A stretch of 60,078 nucleotides of DNA, the filler included, from Dirinaria sp. TL-2023a (Eukaryota), in the NCBI GenBank assembly GCA_051941275.1. It is 10 parts of 10 records of this genome, joined end to end, with 100 filler letters (N's around TTAATTAATTAA, not from the genome) between each part and the next. Parts side by side here need not be neighbours in the genome. Positions count along the whole stretch, not along the records: positions 24,106 to 30,022 come from JAVEBF010001564.1; positions 30,123 to 36,037 come from JAVEBF010001565.1; positions 36,138 to 42,052 come from JAVEBF010001566.1; 7 more parts are not named here. One strand, given 5' to 3'. Below, piece by piece: positions 26,827 to 38,512 of the stretch. Numbering within the stretch: position 1 is the stretch's first letter; the number at the start of each line of letters is the position of its first letter. The translations under genes were made by a program, and so were the position numbers. The notes below the pieces were generated by a model. It saw only the letters and a list, made by a program, of their open reading frames with translations. It ran no database searches and was not told where the DNA came from.

Positions 26827-29800
26827 TTCGAAGGAAACGATGGTTGTTGAGCCTAAGATATCAGAAGAATTGATGGGTTTTGCTGTCGAGGCAAAGCGCT
26901 TTCAGAGCATGCGGACCAGCTTCCTTTTATACACATACATGTATCTGGTTGGAGCATTGTCAGCGACCAGATTGCAGTATGTGATACGTTGTCCCAATAT
27001 TTCACCGACCTACCAGCCATGTTAAGGCGAAGACTGGTGCCTCGTCTTGCTCTATTCGGTGCCGCCGAAGCCTACATGTGATAATGGCATGCCGTTGCCA
27101 CCTCAAATGAATGTTCAATTTAGCGAGACCACTTATATGCAGTAAGTTGCACTCAGAATCGCGTCATTTCCTCACTTTCACGTGCATTGTGGCGAGACGC
27201 TATTGAGTTCGCGTAGACCTTGCCGATTTGGTTGGCAGTATCTTTTGATGGCCATTTGGGATATCTCGAATGTTCGGTGCTGATGTAACTTAGGACAGCT
27301 GTAGGTTGCGTAGTATGAACTGGCTACCTGTTTGTAGGAAATTTGGGTCATTTGGGCGAGACTTCGCGCGTGCATTGTCCGAATTCTTCTGCAAACCGCG
27401 AGATTGGATCCGGCGCTATCTCGGTCATATTCAGATGCGAGTGAAACGTAACACAAACCGGATGCAAATTCCATCACCGTCTTGGCATTGGTTGCCAATG
27501 CCCACTCGATGTCAAGTTCACGATTCCGATGATCGGAGTGCATTGAGCCTATCCTGAATCTATCTTGATACGTCAGAGCAAGGACTAGAGTCTGCACTTT
27601 AAGATGCGTTTCAAAGTTATAAAATTAGGTGTTGAAATATATGCAATGGATGGCAATCATCGAGAAGTTTTTGGACCTGTTAAGAATATATTCTATGGCC
27701 GATACTTGATCTGCTGCTTCAACAGGTACTCACACGTGGGTTGCTAGCAGCCAGGATGCGAGAAGAGTACTTGGTGTAAGGTAGTGATCCAGTCGATATA
27801 TGTTGACCGATACGGGCTAGCGCTGAGCACGTGGGCTAGCGTCGGCAAGACGTCGGCTTTCGGGGAGTCAAATTTTAGAGTTGAGTAAACGTCGGAGAAA
27901 ATCCAGCAGCAATTCAAATATTCGGATTCACCGATTCTCTCGCACTCCTAGCGCGGGGATCATCATCATAAGAGGTACCTGGGGTCCACGGTTTTCCCCT
28001 GCCGATCTAACAATTTTCTGAATACTAATGTGAGAGGCTGGCTTTATGTGAAGTTTTCGCCTTTGGAGTACTTCTAAGCGTCTCCTTTCGCCATGATTCT
28101 GCTTCGGGGAAAACGGAATCATGTCCGTTATAAGGCTAGCGAGACGGAGTGCAGTCCAGACTGAGGATAGTTCAAGGGAATAAATCAAAGGCGGAAGTAT
28201 TCGTTGGCTCACGTCGAATACGATTTGGTACTACAAGTATGTTACTTATAAAAAACCGGGTAGCCAGGGTTAAAACTTCTGGGGTAGCGTTGTCGTGTGA
28301 TAACATGGCTCTAGATTCTGTGGATCTTTACAGAAGATGGATTAGCGGCAGAAGCTCGAGCTACTACAACCTTGACAATCATCAAGGGTCTGAGGATGCA
28401 TCGCAGAACAGTCGAATTTGCTGAAGCGGAACTAGAATTAAGTCTTTAGCAATTCTCACAAAGGGATCTGAAATTTGCGCTCGAAGTACTTTCAAACAAA
28501 AGAAGAGTTCAACTAAATCCATGACGGCAAGAAAAGGCGAAACGGCGACACGAAGGATATTTACTGACATGACTACGTATACTTCGCGACTTCTATAATT
28601 GGTTTACCAGCGCATTAAAGCTGCTAACAGTCTAGCTAAGACATTGAGAGCCCAAAGGAAACTTCACCATTCTTATGCCATGACAATCACCAAATGATAC
28701 CTACTTCTTGCTCAAGTTGCGATTCATGAGATGGCAACATGAGAGGGTTTCTTTCTATTAGGAAATTCTCAGTCTGGCAAAAAGTGGTTGTGTCTTTGCT
28801 GGAGATTACCATGGATCGCCAAGAATGGCATGACAGTTGAATGATCAATGCTCAATCAATAGGCACTAGTATGACGCGCGTCAAATGTCTTACAAAATAT
28901 TCTTATTATTACAGTAGCCTCAAGCTTTCCTTCCTATCCTTTCACGTATACCAGTTTTGTGTCAGTTTACTCTCTTTCCTTTCTCCTTATACTTCGTGCG
29001 CAGAGCCCCCAAATTGCCGGCTCCTTACATGTCGTCATCTGATTTTTCGTTGAAATCTTATTGGATGGTGATATAGCGATTGGACACGGTTCCCCGAGTG
29101 TGGAGAATTGCGCCAAATTTTGGAATTGAATTGAGAAATTCATTGTCTCAACCAGCACAATTTTCGAGCATGTATTTGGGTTGATTTCCTTGGGTATACC
29201 TTAGATATCAAGGACCTTAAGTCCGGCAATAGAAAATGCGATTAGCTCACATGTGAGGCTGTGGGCTGTACGGCGAGGAGAGTAATGAAATTAGTTGTGC
29301 ATACGATAGCGGGACTATTCAAGGCCACCGAGTAAGGATTGAAGTACTTGCTCTGGGCGTTCATGCTGCCCTATCAGATTATATCATTAGTCTCGAGGTT
29401 TTGATAGGGCGGCCGGGATGGTCACTTAGGATCAATAATCCTCAAATTAAGCCTAGTAAACGTAGCAGCTTTCCTTGCTTCCTTTAGTAGAGTTATGGTG
29501 CGTGTTGGTAGGTGAGCCAGTTAAAATACGATTGAACGGCATCTGAACTGTTGCTCTCGTTGCTTTCACAATAGGATAAATATCTGGAGAGAAGTTCGAA
29601 GAACGTCTTCTCTCCCGCCCAAGCCCACAGACAGAAAATACTTCAGACCACAATGTCCGGTGTGGCGTAAGCACTCAATTCAGGACAGAAACAAGGAACC
29701 TCGTACCTAAGGTTGGAAGGAAACTTTTGCAGATCTCACTCGAGCAGCACGGATAACACCAGCAGCCCAGGCCCCAATAGCCATTAGAAAAACCATCCAG

Positions 29801-30022
29801 GGTCTTGAAGGCCTCCAATGGAGCTCCGGTCTGCACTTTGGTCGGTACAGTTGCAGACAAGAATTCCTTAGCAGAAGCGTTCACGGATGGACGGCCTTGC
29901 GATCTTACCTACTATCCTCGAGACGCTCAACCCAGCTTTCTCATGGGACACGGCAGGCAGTTTCATGCAATTGCTCAAGTAAAACTTCATTGACAGATGA
30001 AAAAAGAAAATAAATACAAAAA

Positions 30023-30122
30023 NNNNNNNNNNNNNNNNNNNNNNNNNNNNNNNNNNNNNNNNNNNNTTAATTAATTAANNNNNNNNNNNNNNNNNNNNNN
30101 NNNNNNNNNNNNNNNNNNNNNN
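30023..30122. other. Artificial contig spacer
   Basis: N44-TTAATTAATTAA-N44. Confidence 0.99.
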
Positions 30123-32800
30123 GTAATGTCAGTAGATGTCTTTTAGGGCTCCAAAAGCCTCTCATTCCTTGAAAAAATAACTATCTCTTGAGTGCTATGC
30201 TGGATCTCCGCAACGTCTTGTTCCAAGCCGCAAGCTTTATCTTTACCTCTCGTGATAGTCTTACCAAGTACTGAGGGATCTTGGAGACACTCCAGAGAGT
30301 TTTAGCCGCCAATGTGCGTAATCGTACATATGTCGTATATTGTCATTTAATAGTTGCACGTCAACTATTTCTTTGACAAAAATTTCATTAGTGCATCGCT
30401 GTTTAACACCGAGCTGAAGATAGTAGAGATACATACCTATGTGCGAAGTAGCCGTCATCCTTGAAGCCTAGTTTTTACCTGTCAAAGTAATGGAAAGTTT
30501 TTTTCTAGAACTTCCGGAACTGAACCCAGAAGCAGCGTCAAATCCAGCACGACTAGTCGAAGACCTCGTGGAGTGCTTTGATACGTGTGTATTGGCACTA
30601 TGATCAATTTGGCCTTATCAAACCGGTTCACTAAGGACTTCGAGAATAAAATGCCACTTTTGAGACTTCATAGTCTTGTCGTTAAAATGCGAAGAGATGC
30701 TTTCAACCCCCATGGAATCACGGATTATACCTCGCTATCTTCATTTCCAGGATGACGCACCAATTTTGAAGGATCGAGCACCATTTCTCCTTTGCCTTCC
30801 CAAGTTCTATTTTGGGGCTTTCTGATAAAAGGAGAGTTATTTTCTTCCAAAACAATACAGTGCTCAGATTCGTACTTGCAATTTTCCATCGTGGTAAATG
30901 CTGAACTCGGTTGCTATTGTCGCTTAGTAGGCCCCTTAATGCTCCTTGATCTGAGATTTTGAGCTCTTCTACCCATTCCTCATTAGTCGTTTTCAGGTTT
31001 GCCATCAACGGAACAGCCTTAATTCTTTTGCAGTTATGAAAAGAAAGACTGTTCGTAATTCAGACGTCGATCATGGTGCACTCTGATCCCTTCCGGAGAC
31101 TGCTAGCAGCGAGGGTTCAGCATCACCAACTCATCTTGCTTCTCACGTGAAACGATGATCAATGACTGATCGATATTCGATGCTTTCTTGAGTGCGCCAC
31201 CGCAGGGCTCCTCGTCATATGAGTCGATTGCTGAACTCAATAGAGTGAGTAAAACCATCCTGTCCGATGAGTTCAAACATGCCATTGAGTCTGACGGAGA
31301 AAAACGATCGACTATCCGCATTTCGTTCGATGCAATATCAATCTCTAGACTTTCGTAGGAGGTCTCAATAGTCAAAGCACCTATGGCATGATTTACTTCT
31401 TCGCTCTGTACTCTGTAGATTCGTGATATCTGTGAGTGTAGTGAATCCATCAGGATCATTCAATATCAAATTCTTAATCTCACTGTCTTGCCAGAGTTTG
31501 GGAGCTTCTGACCAAGATTTGAGATCAAAAATAGTCTAGTTGAGAATCTTATTTCTGTGAAAGTAATGAACTCACACAGTCATGTGTTAGTTCTCGATGT
31601 GTTTGTAGATGGATAGACAATTTTAGAGTCTTCTAGAAATGTAAATGCTCTTGAAGATACAGATACGAATATTTGCATAGATGTTTCCTCAGCGTCTTGA
31701 ATGCGACAATTTACATCTCGAACATCGCTGTAGAATAGAACTTATCAGAGACCTTCAACCAAAGATGGATGCTTTGATATCCGTTCGAAATTTTGTTTCG
31801 TAACTTCAGAGCTCGGTTTCTGTTCTCTTCTATCAATGTCTTTACCAGCTAGTCAGCTTTGCCGTTGGAAATTTCAGTTCTGAGGGTAGCGATAAATGTA
31901 AACATCAGAATATTTATTTCGAATGCTTGGTAGAATTTTCTCGTTAAATTAGTGACTGTGTCTCGATTCGACGTCAGAATAAGTATTTCTCTTCAATTAT
32001 GAGAGAGTTGCCTTGCGAGGTGATCTCAGCGGCACTCGCCGATGTGCTCCCGTATTTGACAGCGGAAGATGCGATTCATTTCCGTGCACTCTTAAATGGT
32101 TGATATCCAATTTAATCGTCTATCCAAGCCGTGTTGGATGAAGATATTATACGTAAGGCTGGCACTTTCCGGTTTAGATTTCCTTCGTGCTCTTCAATGC
32201 GATTCTTTCGACTAGAGGTAAAGAACGACGAGAAACGGTGTGAAACTCCGACAGAGAATTGGTTCACTGCGAAATCAACGATCGAGCTATATAGTAAGAA
32301 GTGAAATGGGATTGATCTTTTCTAAGTTTTGACCTTGATATCTGGGAAGTGCGATTGAAGACTCGTGTGAGGAGCTTTCGGATCGAAGAAGTAACTTGCT
32401 CAATTCCCACTCTACATGCTCACTGATCAATTCGGGACTTTTAGGTAGAGTGTAATAAGAATTACGAACGGAGAAATAAAATGTTGTAGCAGTGCGAGAA
32501 AGACTTCGCTCAATTCGCAAGTCATCTATTCATGCTGGAAAGTTAAGACGATTGAAACTTGAAATTGAGCCAAATACTGATGTGAAGATGAAAGGTTACT
32601 GATAATGCTCAAAAAGTTGAATTTTGCTCAAAACATCAGTCGTATCTCCTCTTGTTTCATGGGAAACGATATATAGGGAATGAGAATTTGAGATTCCAGT
32701 AGCATCGAGAGATAGTTAGGACCTGAATATCTTAGCTTCGGAGATTTCCTCAGAATTTGAAATATGAAGATGAGTATTGCAGTGCTCGTGGGCACTGCAA
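30123..32800 (-). pseudogene. Probable decayed long gene of unknown family (AT-enriched, possibly RIP-mutated)
   Basis: Co-oriented minus-strand ORF fragments (32287-32520, 31103-31459, 30718-31008). The frame upstream of 32520 continues with only isolated TAA/TGA stops (SNSEEISEAKIFRS*LSLDA..FEHYQ*PFIF..FPA*IDDLRIER). Boundaries approximate. Confidence 0.4.
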
Positions 32801-34054
32801 AAGACAATTATTATATATATGATCATTCTATCTAAAGCTCATAGACCATTGAAATTCATTTCGTGATAAGGAGATACTTGCATCAGTAGAGATATAACAA
32901 TGCTCTTCTAATGCGCTATGGATGTTGAGTTCTCGTTTCGTCAATAAGTAGTATAAAGTTTAGATAAGCACACATAGTCATTTTCCTTTGTTGGCCTGCA
33001 TTTACACCTTCTACCAACAGAATTTGCGCAGTGTAAATTAAGTATTTACTGGGAAGATAGTCAAGAAAGCTATTTGATTCATTTTAGGGGTGAAAAGCCA
33101 TAGCGCTCAGTAGTAAAACGAAGGAGCGGGAATAACAAACCAAGTGCATCGAGTGCGATATTCAGAACTCCACAAACTGTTCAAAGAATCCAAAATTAAG
33201 TAGTGATCACTTGTACGAGCAGTCGTCCCCCCTCAGCGATGAAGGCGCAGATAGATAACTTTTGGGAATCCTCTAAGCTCCATTGCAATATGAATTCGCT
33301 TCCTATGATGAATCAAATCATCGAAAATTTGCTGATTTTGGTAGACGTGCGGTTCCAGTCCCTGCACAACCTTGACATACTATCGAGTTCTAGTAGCTGA
33401 ACGAGGCTGCACGTCAGCGACAGTAATGAACTATAGCACTAAGTTCCTAATAAGAATTACATTTATAGCCTCTGAGCTCGATTCAAGGAGTGAAAAAGCT
33501 CACGAGAAATAATCAGTGAAGGTGTAGAAGATTTTTAGCAAAGATGAAGTCAGGTCTAATATCAGTGTCGGGAGATGTGTTAGGTATCATCTCTTATTCT
33601 CGATCAACAGAGCATAATATGAAGAGTATCTTTGAAGAAAGGACTGATGGGCTATGTTCAAATGACATAGGACGAACGTCATCTTGAAACATGAATTGCT
33701 TATGCCATGATGCAGAATCTGAATATAAATGTAGGAGCAAGATGGAACGGCCTTGCTCAGATACTTTGCAATTGCCATAGGACATAGGACGCAGCTGCTG
33801 ACACAATGACGGACGGAACAAACTAATGCGACGAATAAGTGTGTCGAGCTTAAAAGGCTGAGAAGTTGAGAGGCAGGGGCACTACCATTTTATATTCCTG
33901 ACTTGCGAGCTACGTTCACGCTTGACCGAGTGCAACGTAACATCGCCATCAGAAGTGAGGATTAAATGCCGCTGGGCAGTGGATCACGTGCTTTTCTTTT
34001 ATTACAACGCAGTACTAACCGCCCAAATTTCATCTGCACGCCTCTACTCTTCGT

Positions 34055-34760
34055 TTACCTGGAAGCACGAACGAGTTCGTCAACGGTGGGGGCCGGGCAG
34101 CGAGGCCCACTCCAGAAGCGCTGGGTGCCGGGATCAATGCGGATGTGTCCGCAGGGTATGCTAGCGAAGATAATGTCAACAATGCGACTCGAGTAACGGT
34201 GGCATAATACAAAGAAGGGTAATGCAGGGGATAAGAGCGACGACATACTCCTCCTCGGCCTTCATTCTTGGCTTGCTCTTCTTCTCGTTATGATGGATCC
34301 TTAACTTCTCAAGCATCACGTAGCCCCAATAATAGCAAGGACTGTCCCCACCTCCCAGCTTCCCACTCTTCTTCAAGAAACTCGCCAAGCTGTTTGTAGT
34401 GGGGCCCGACGCGTTCCTGTTGTACTCTACAGGGTGGCCGCGGGACTCAAGCTCCAGCATCTCGACCGCCATGGAGGCTTGTGTCCATTTCTTGCCGCTG
34501 GTGCCAGGGATGTTCGACTTCTCTGTAAGGAGCTTCTTGAGCTTGCGGCGGACAGTGGCTGCGTCATCATAGCATGGGACTTCTCCTTTAATTTCGTCGA
34601 GGGCTATGTCGCGATAGTCATCGTGGTCAGTGTCAGAGTCTTCGTTGAGCGTGCGCTTCGGATCGACGTTCTCCTTATCAGTTAGTGAGGATGTGGGATA
34701 AGGTTTGGTACGCTTGGTAGAGGCTTTGGGGCCGCTTGTGTTGCGAGCTGCTTTCGGCAT
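34055..34760 (-). CDS. Conserved fungal hypothetical protein (DUF7726-like); intron 34161-34248
   Basis: VPCYDDAATVRRKL, SLASFLKKSG..GGDSPCYYWGYVMLEKLRI..EKKSKPR; GTATGT...CTAG intron joins the last exon (IPCGHIRIDP..ASR-stop) in phase. Confidence 0.72.
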
Positions 34761-34968
34761 CTTGATGAATTGGTAGACGAGGTATTCGGCGATTGATGTA
34801 CTCAGGAAAAGGGAACAGAGATTTGGGAGATGAAAAGGGAGATGTGCTACCCTATGTTTATGCTGTCTGAGCTGGCCTTTGCGCTAGAGGCCACAACGTC
34901 ACCCGCAGACACGGTCTCACGTGAATTATAGCCGATACGGAGCTAATGAATTTGGCGAGCTAACCTCC

Positions 34969-35027
34969 TTAACTGGCGCACCCCCTAGTCGCTCAGGAGC
35001 GGAGCGACTAGGGGGTGCGCCGGTTAA
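34969..35027. repeat. Near-perfect inverted repeat, 26-bp arms with 7-nt loop
   Basis: TTAACTGGCGCACCCCCTAGTCGCTC-aggagcg-GAGCGACTAGGGGGTGCGCCGGTTAA; one mismatch (T:G). Confidence 0.95.
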
Positions 35028-35561
35028 TGGGTTTGGCTGGTCGCAGTACTCGTAAAATCTGTTTGCAGGGTGGGTTGCCTACATTCCAAAAACCCAGTCT
35101 CAGTGCTTACTAGGGCAACACGACCAGGGCGTAGTTATGGAGGATGGGACGTGTCCACAACAAAGTGTAAACATCTACGCATTACAATCTACTTCCAGCC
35201 TGCTAAATCAGTAAGGAAATAAGGAAGAATCTCGCAAAAGCGCCACGGAGAGCTCAGTACGGCTGCGGTAGGAGTCGGGTGTCACCAAGTCTCCAGTCCG
35301 ATATCAATTTGATTGGAAAAGAGCTAATGTATGATGTTGTGAAAATGTCTGGTGCTTTTGCTATAAACTCGGCTGTGCAGAACTCTTATATAAGAGGGGA
35401 GCCTGATAGGCAGATTTTCAAATCCAAGCCTTGCCATTTCCTTTTCAAAACACCATGCCACCCAAACTTTCAACCTCACAGCTGCAACATATCTTTATAT
35501 TCAGCCAGAATTTCGATGCCTACAGAATCTTCCCCAGTCGCTTTCCCTCGCGTACCAAAAC

Positions 35562-36037
35562 ATGAGTGAATCTGACCCTGTACCTATCTACACCTCCATC
35601 CCAGAGCCTTCAGACCGCCCTGCGACGTGCCCTGATCACGGTCTTGCCCTATTCGCTACCCGCTTCCCGATATCCAATCCCGATAGCAGGCTACGACATG
35701 AGCATGAAATTGCAGATTCATTCTTTGCCGCTATCGAAAACAGGCAGTCCGAGGTCGTCGCTATGTTAATTGAGTCTAAGCTTGTCACTCCAGCTACAGT
35801 AGACATGCACGGGCGCACGCCGCTAATTGTGGCAACTGCAGCGGGGAATGTACGTATGGTGCAGGAGCTGATGGATTTTGAAGCTGACATCGATGCGTGG
35901 GGACAATGGCAAGGCGAAATGAGAACACCCTTGATGGTTGCTGCAGCCGAAGGGAATCTGACGCTCGTGAAATTATTTGTGGATGTCTTTCGTTCAGATG
36001 ATGCATTGGTAGCGCCTGACGGGCAGATGGCATTAAG
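35562..36037 (+). CDS. Ankyrin-repeat protein, 3'-truncated at contig end
   Basis: GRTPLIVATAAGNVRMVQELM..ADID and RTPLMVAAAEGNLTLVKLFV; ORF runs into the spacer. Confidence 0.88.
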
Positions 36038-36137
36038 NNNNNNNNNNNNNNNNNNNNNNNNNNNNNNNNNNNNNNNNNNNNTTAATTAATTAANNNNNNN
36101 NNNNNNNNNNNNNNNNNNNNNNNNNNNNNNNNNNNNN
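36038..36137. other. Artificial contig spacer
   Basis: N44-TTAATTAATTAA-N44. Confidence 0.99.
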
Positions 36138-38512
36138 CGATCGAAGTGAATGATAGGAATTAGGGACGGAAGATGTTTGATGGATGTATATATATGTGTG
36201 ATAGAAACAGAATAGATTGAAATACAAGAAGGGAGAGAGCAAAGGTCATGTCATGGTGCGAATTCAAATTGAGGAAAAAAAAAAATTTTTTTAGAATTTT
36301 TTTTGTGTTTTTGTAATGGGTTGACACATTTAATTATCTTAGAGAGACTGGAGATGATTTTTAGAATTTTTCCATGGGGGGAACCTATTCTAAGGTACCG
36401 ATTGGTTGGCAGGTCAGGTTGATTGGTTCATTGGTTCCAGGGTTCATTCATGAGGCTCAAGTACTTCCCCATGGGGGGTTTCACCGTTTTCTAGGGTTCA
36501 ATTCAAAACCACGTGATTGAAGCTCAAAGCTTATCGAGTGCCGGCGGGGTACCTATTTTCCCCTCCACAAACGGGTCGATTGGCTGCTAGGACTTCTTGA
36601 TGGTCGGAGGCTTTTCATAGTTGGGAGGAATTGATGTGGAGTGAATAATCCAAGGTTACCTTATTTGTTCCAATTGGAGTTGTGGGTACAGTATCTTGGG
36701 CAGGTACGCTCCGTACTGTGATTGATGACGTCACAGACGAACGATTCTTGCGATATGATGTTGCCCGCTCCACAAGAAGATCTCTGGCCCAGCATTCTTT
36801 CTTTGCATGACAACGTTTGAATGATGTCCTTCTCTATCTTGATATACCTTGAGCAGGCATGCGGATATTGTCGTGCAGGATGTAAACGCAGGTAAAGTGC
36901 GCAGTGTCAGGTCGAGCATAAAGTAGATCCTTGTAATCCTTGGAGCGCATTCCTGTTCGAGAAGTCGACAACGGAATGGAGTGGGAGCTTGATGAGGCTC
37001 AAGGAATCGATTAATTCCCAACGGCTGCAAGCGTCTGGATCTAGATTCCCCCCAGTCGTATGTAGTTCCAGAGCCACGCAATCGCTCAGAAAAAAAAAGG
37101 TACGAATTCTCGTGCAAATCATGCAACGAAAATGCCCGTTTGGAGGCTCGATGCCGAGGCGCTCCAATCTCTGCTCCCCGTATGCAGTGAGTAAAGTCTG
37201 ATGATGTGATGATACGGGATCTTTTAGCGCTTGCGTAACCCGCTAGATGTAGGCAGGCGAAAAGGTGTGGGCCAGATAAGGGTTGCGTGCAGGGTGATCA
37301 TCTGGCGTGAAGCAACTCTACTTACCCTGCCTTTCCTATTGTAGACTTTTAGTAAATCCGAAGTAGTGGGAATCGGCTCGCAACGGGTCTAGTATGTGAT
37401 TGAGGTCTGCTGATAGGTTCTCTCGCCCTACAGCGGCCTCATTATTGTTCGGATGGCTGAGACTGCTTCTTAGCGTGGGTTGACCGAGCAAGGCGGGTCT
37501 GAATGCGTATTCACGCCCACTTGTGAGAACCGGAATGAACATCATTGCCAGACGTGGCAGGTGAGACTGGGTGAAGTGTACTGGTACCAGCTATATACCT
37601 GCAATTGAAGAAGGGATAATGCTTGGTCGGCAGAAAATGAAGCAAAAAAGGGAGAAGTGAACACGGTCAAGAGAATATAATAGTGCGAGGATACTTAATT
37701 GAAGCTCTTCCACATCAGCAGTGGCTGGAAGGGTTGAATATGCTTTTCCGTGGAAGGTCCTTAATTGGTTCGCCGTTGGTCGTCTCTGCTTGACCCGCGA
37801 TGCACATAAGGAGCAAACCCTCCAGACCAGCAGCGCCATAAGCGTACTAATTTTCCGTCTGCCGTCAGCTTACCACACAAGGCCAAGCAGACCAGCGTTT
37901 ACGGTCGGTAGGCGCCTCGAAGGGGCCACTGGCTTCTCGAGGAAGTAATAGCATCATTCCATCGTTTGTGGCAGAGACGACTTGCCATCAAACATGCGCT
38001 CGACTCCGCCCATCGTCTCCTCTCAAACCAGATGCCGTTGTATGCCTTATTCTCAGCAAGGCTCACTGGAGGGCAAATTGACAGCTTCAAGCCCGCCGAG
38101 TGGCCGCCATCCCACTTGCTGCCCCATTCCATAGCCTAAGCCGTGGTTTCGGAACCAACAACGCTTGGGGCCGGTAAGATGCTGACCTTCAGACGCCCCC
38201 CACGATCCCATTGACAATTGAGATTGAGACCATGGTCTACGTATGTGGATGTTTTGCCGCAGACACGTCAGTGCTACTCACCGGTCTGCTGGTCTCATGA
38301 GGATACGGCTAGCCTGGCTATCTTGACCGGTTTTCCCCTCAGTCCCAAGCCCAGTCCACATTCCCAACAATATCGCTCCTGATGGAAGGTGATTTATATC
38401 GGATTGTGAAACATTGCCTCGAACCTGACAACCTTCCATTCTCTTTGAGTATTGATCGCTGCTTCAATCTAGTAGCCACCAGACTCCGCCTTGGGCAGAA
38501 TACCAACCAAAA

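Noticed and set aside
27000..30022. Possible tailoring genes upstream of the terpene synthase
   Set aside because: Only short ORFs without P450, transferase or transporter motifs
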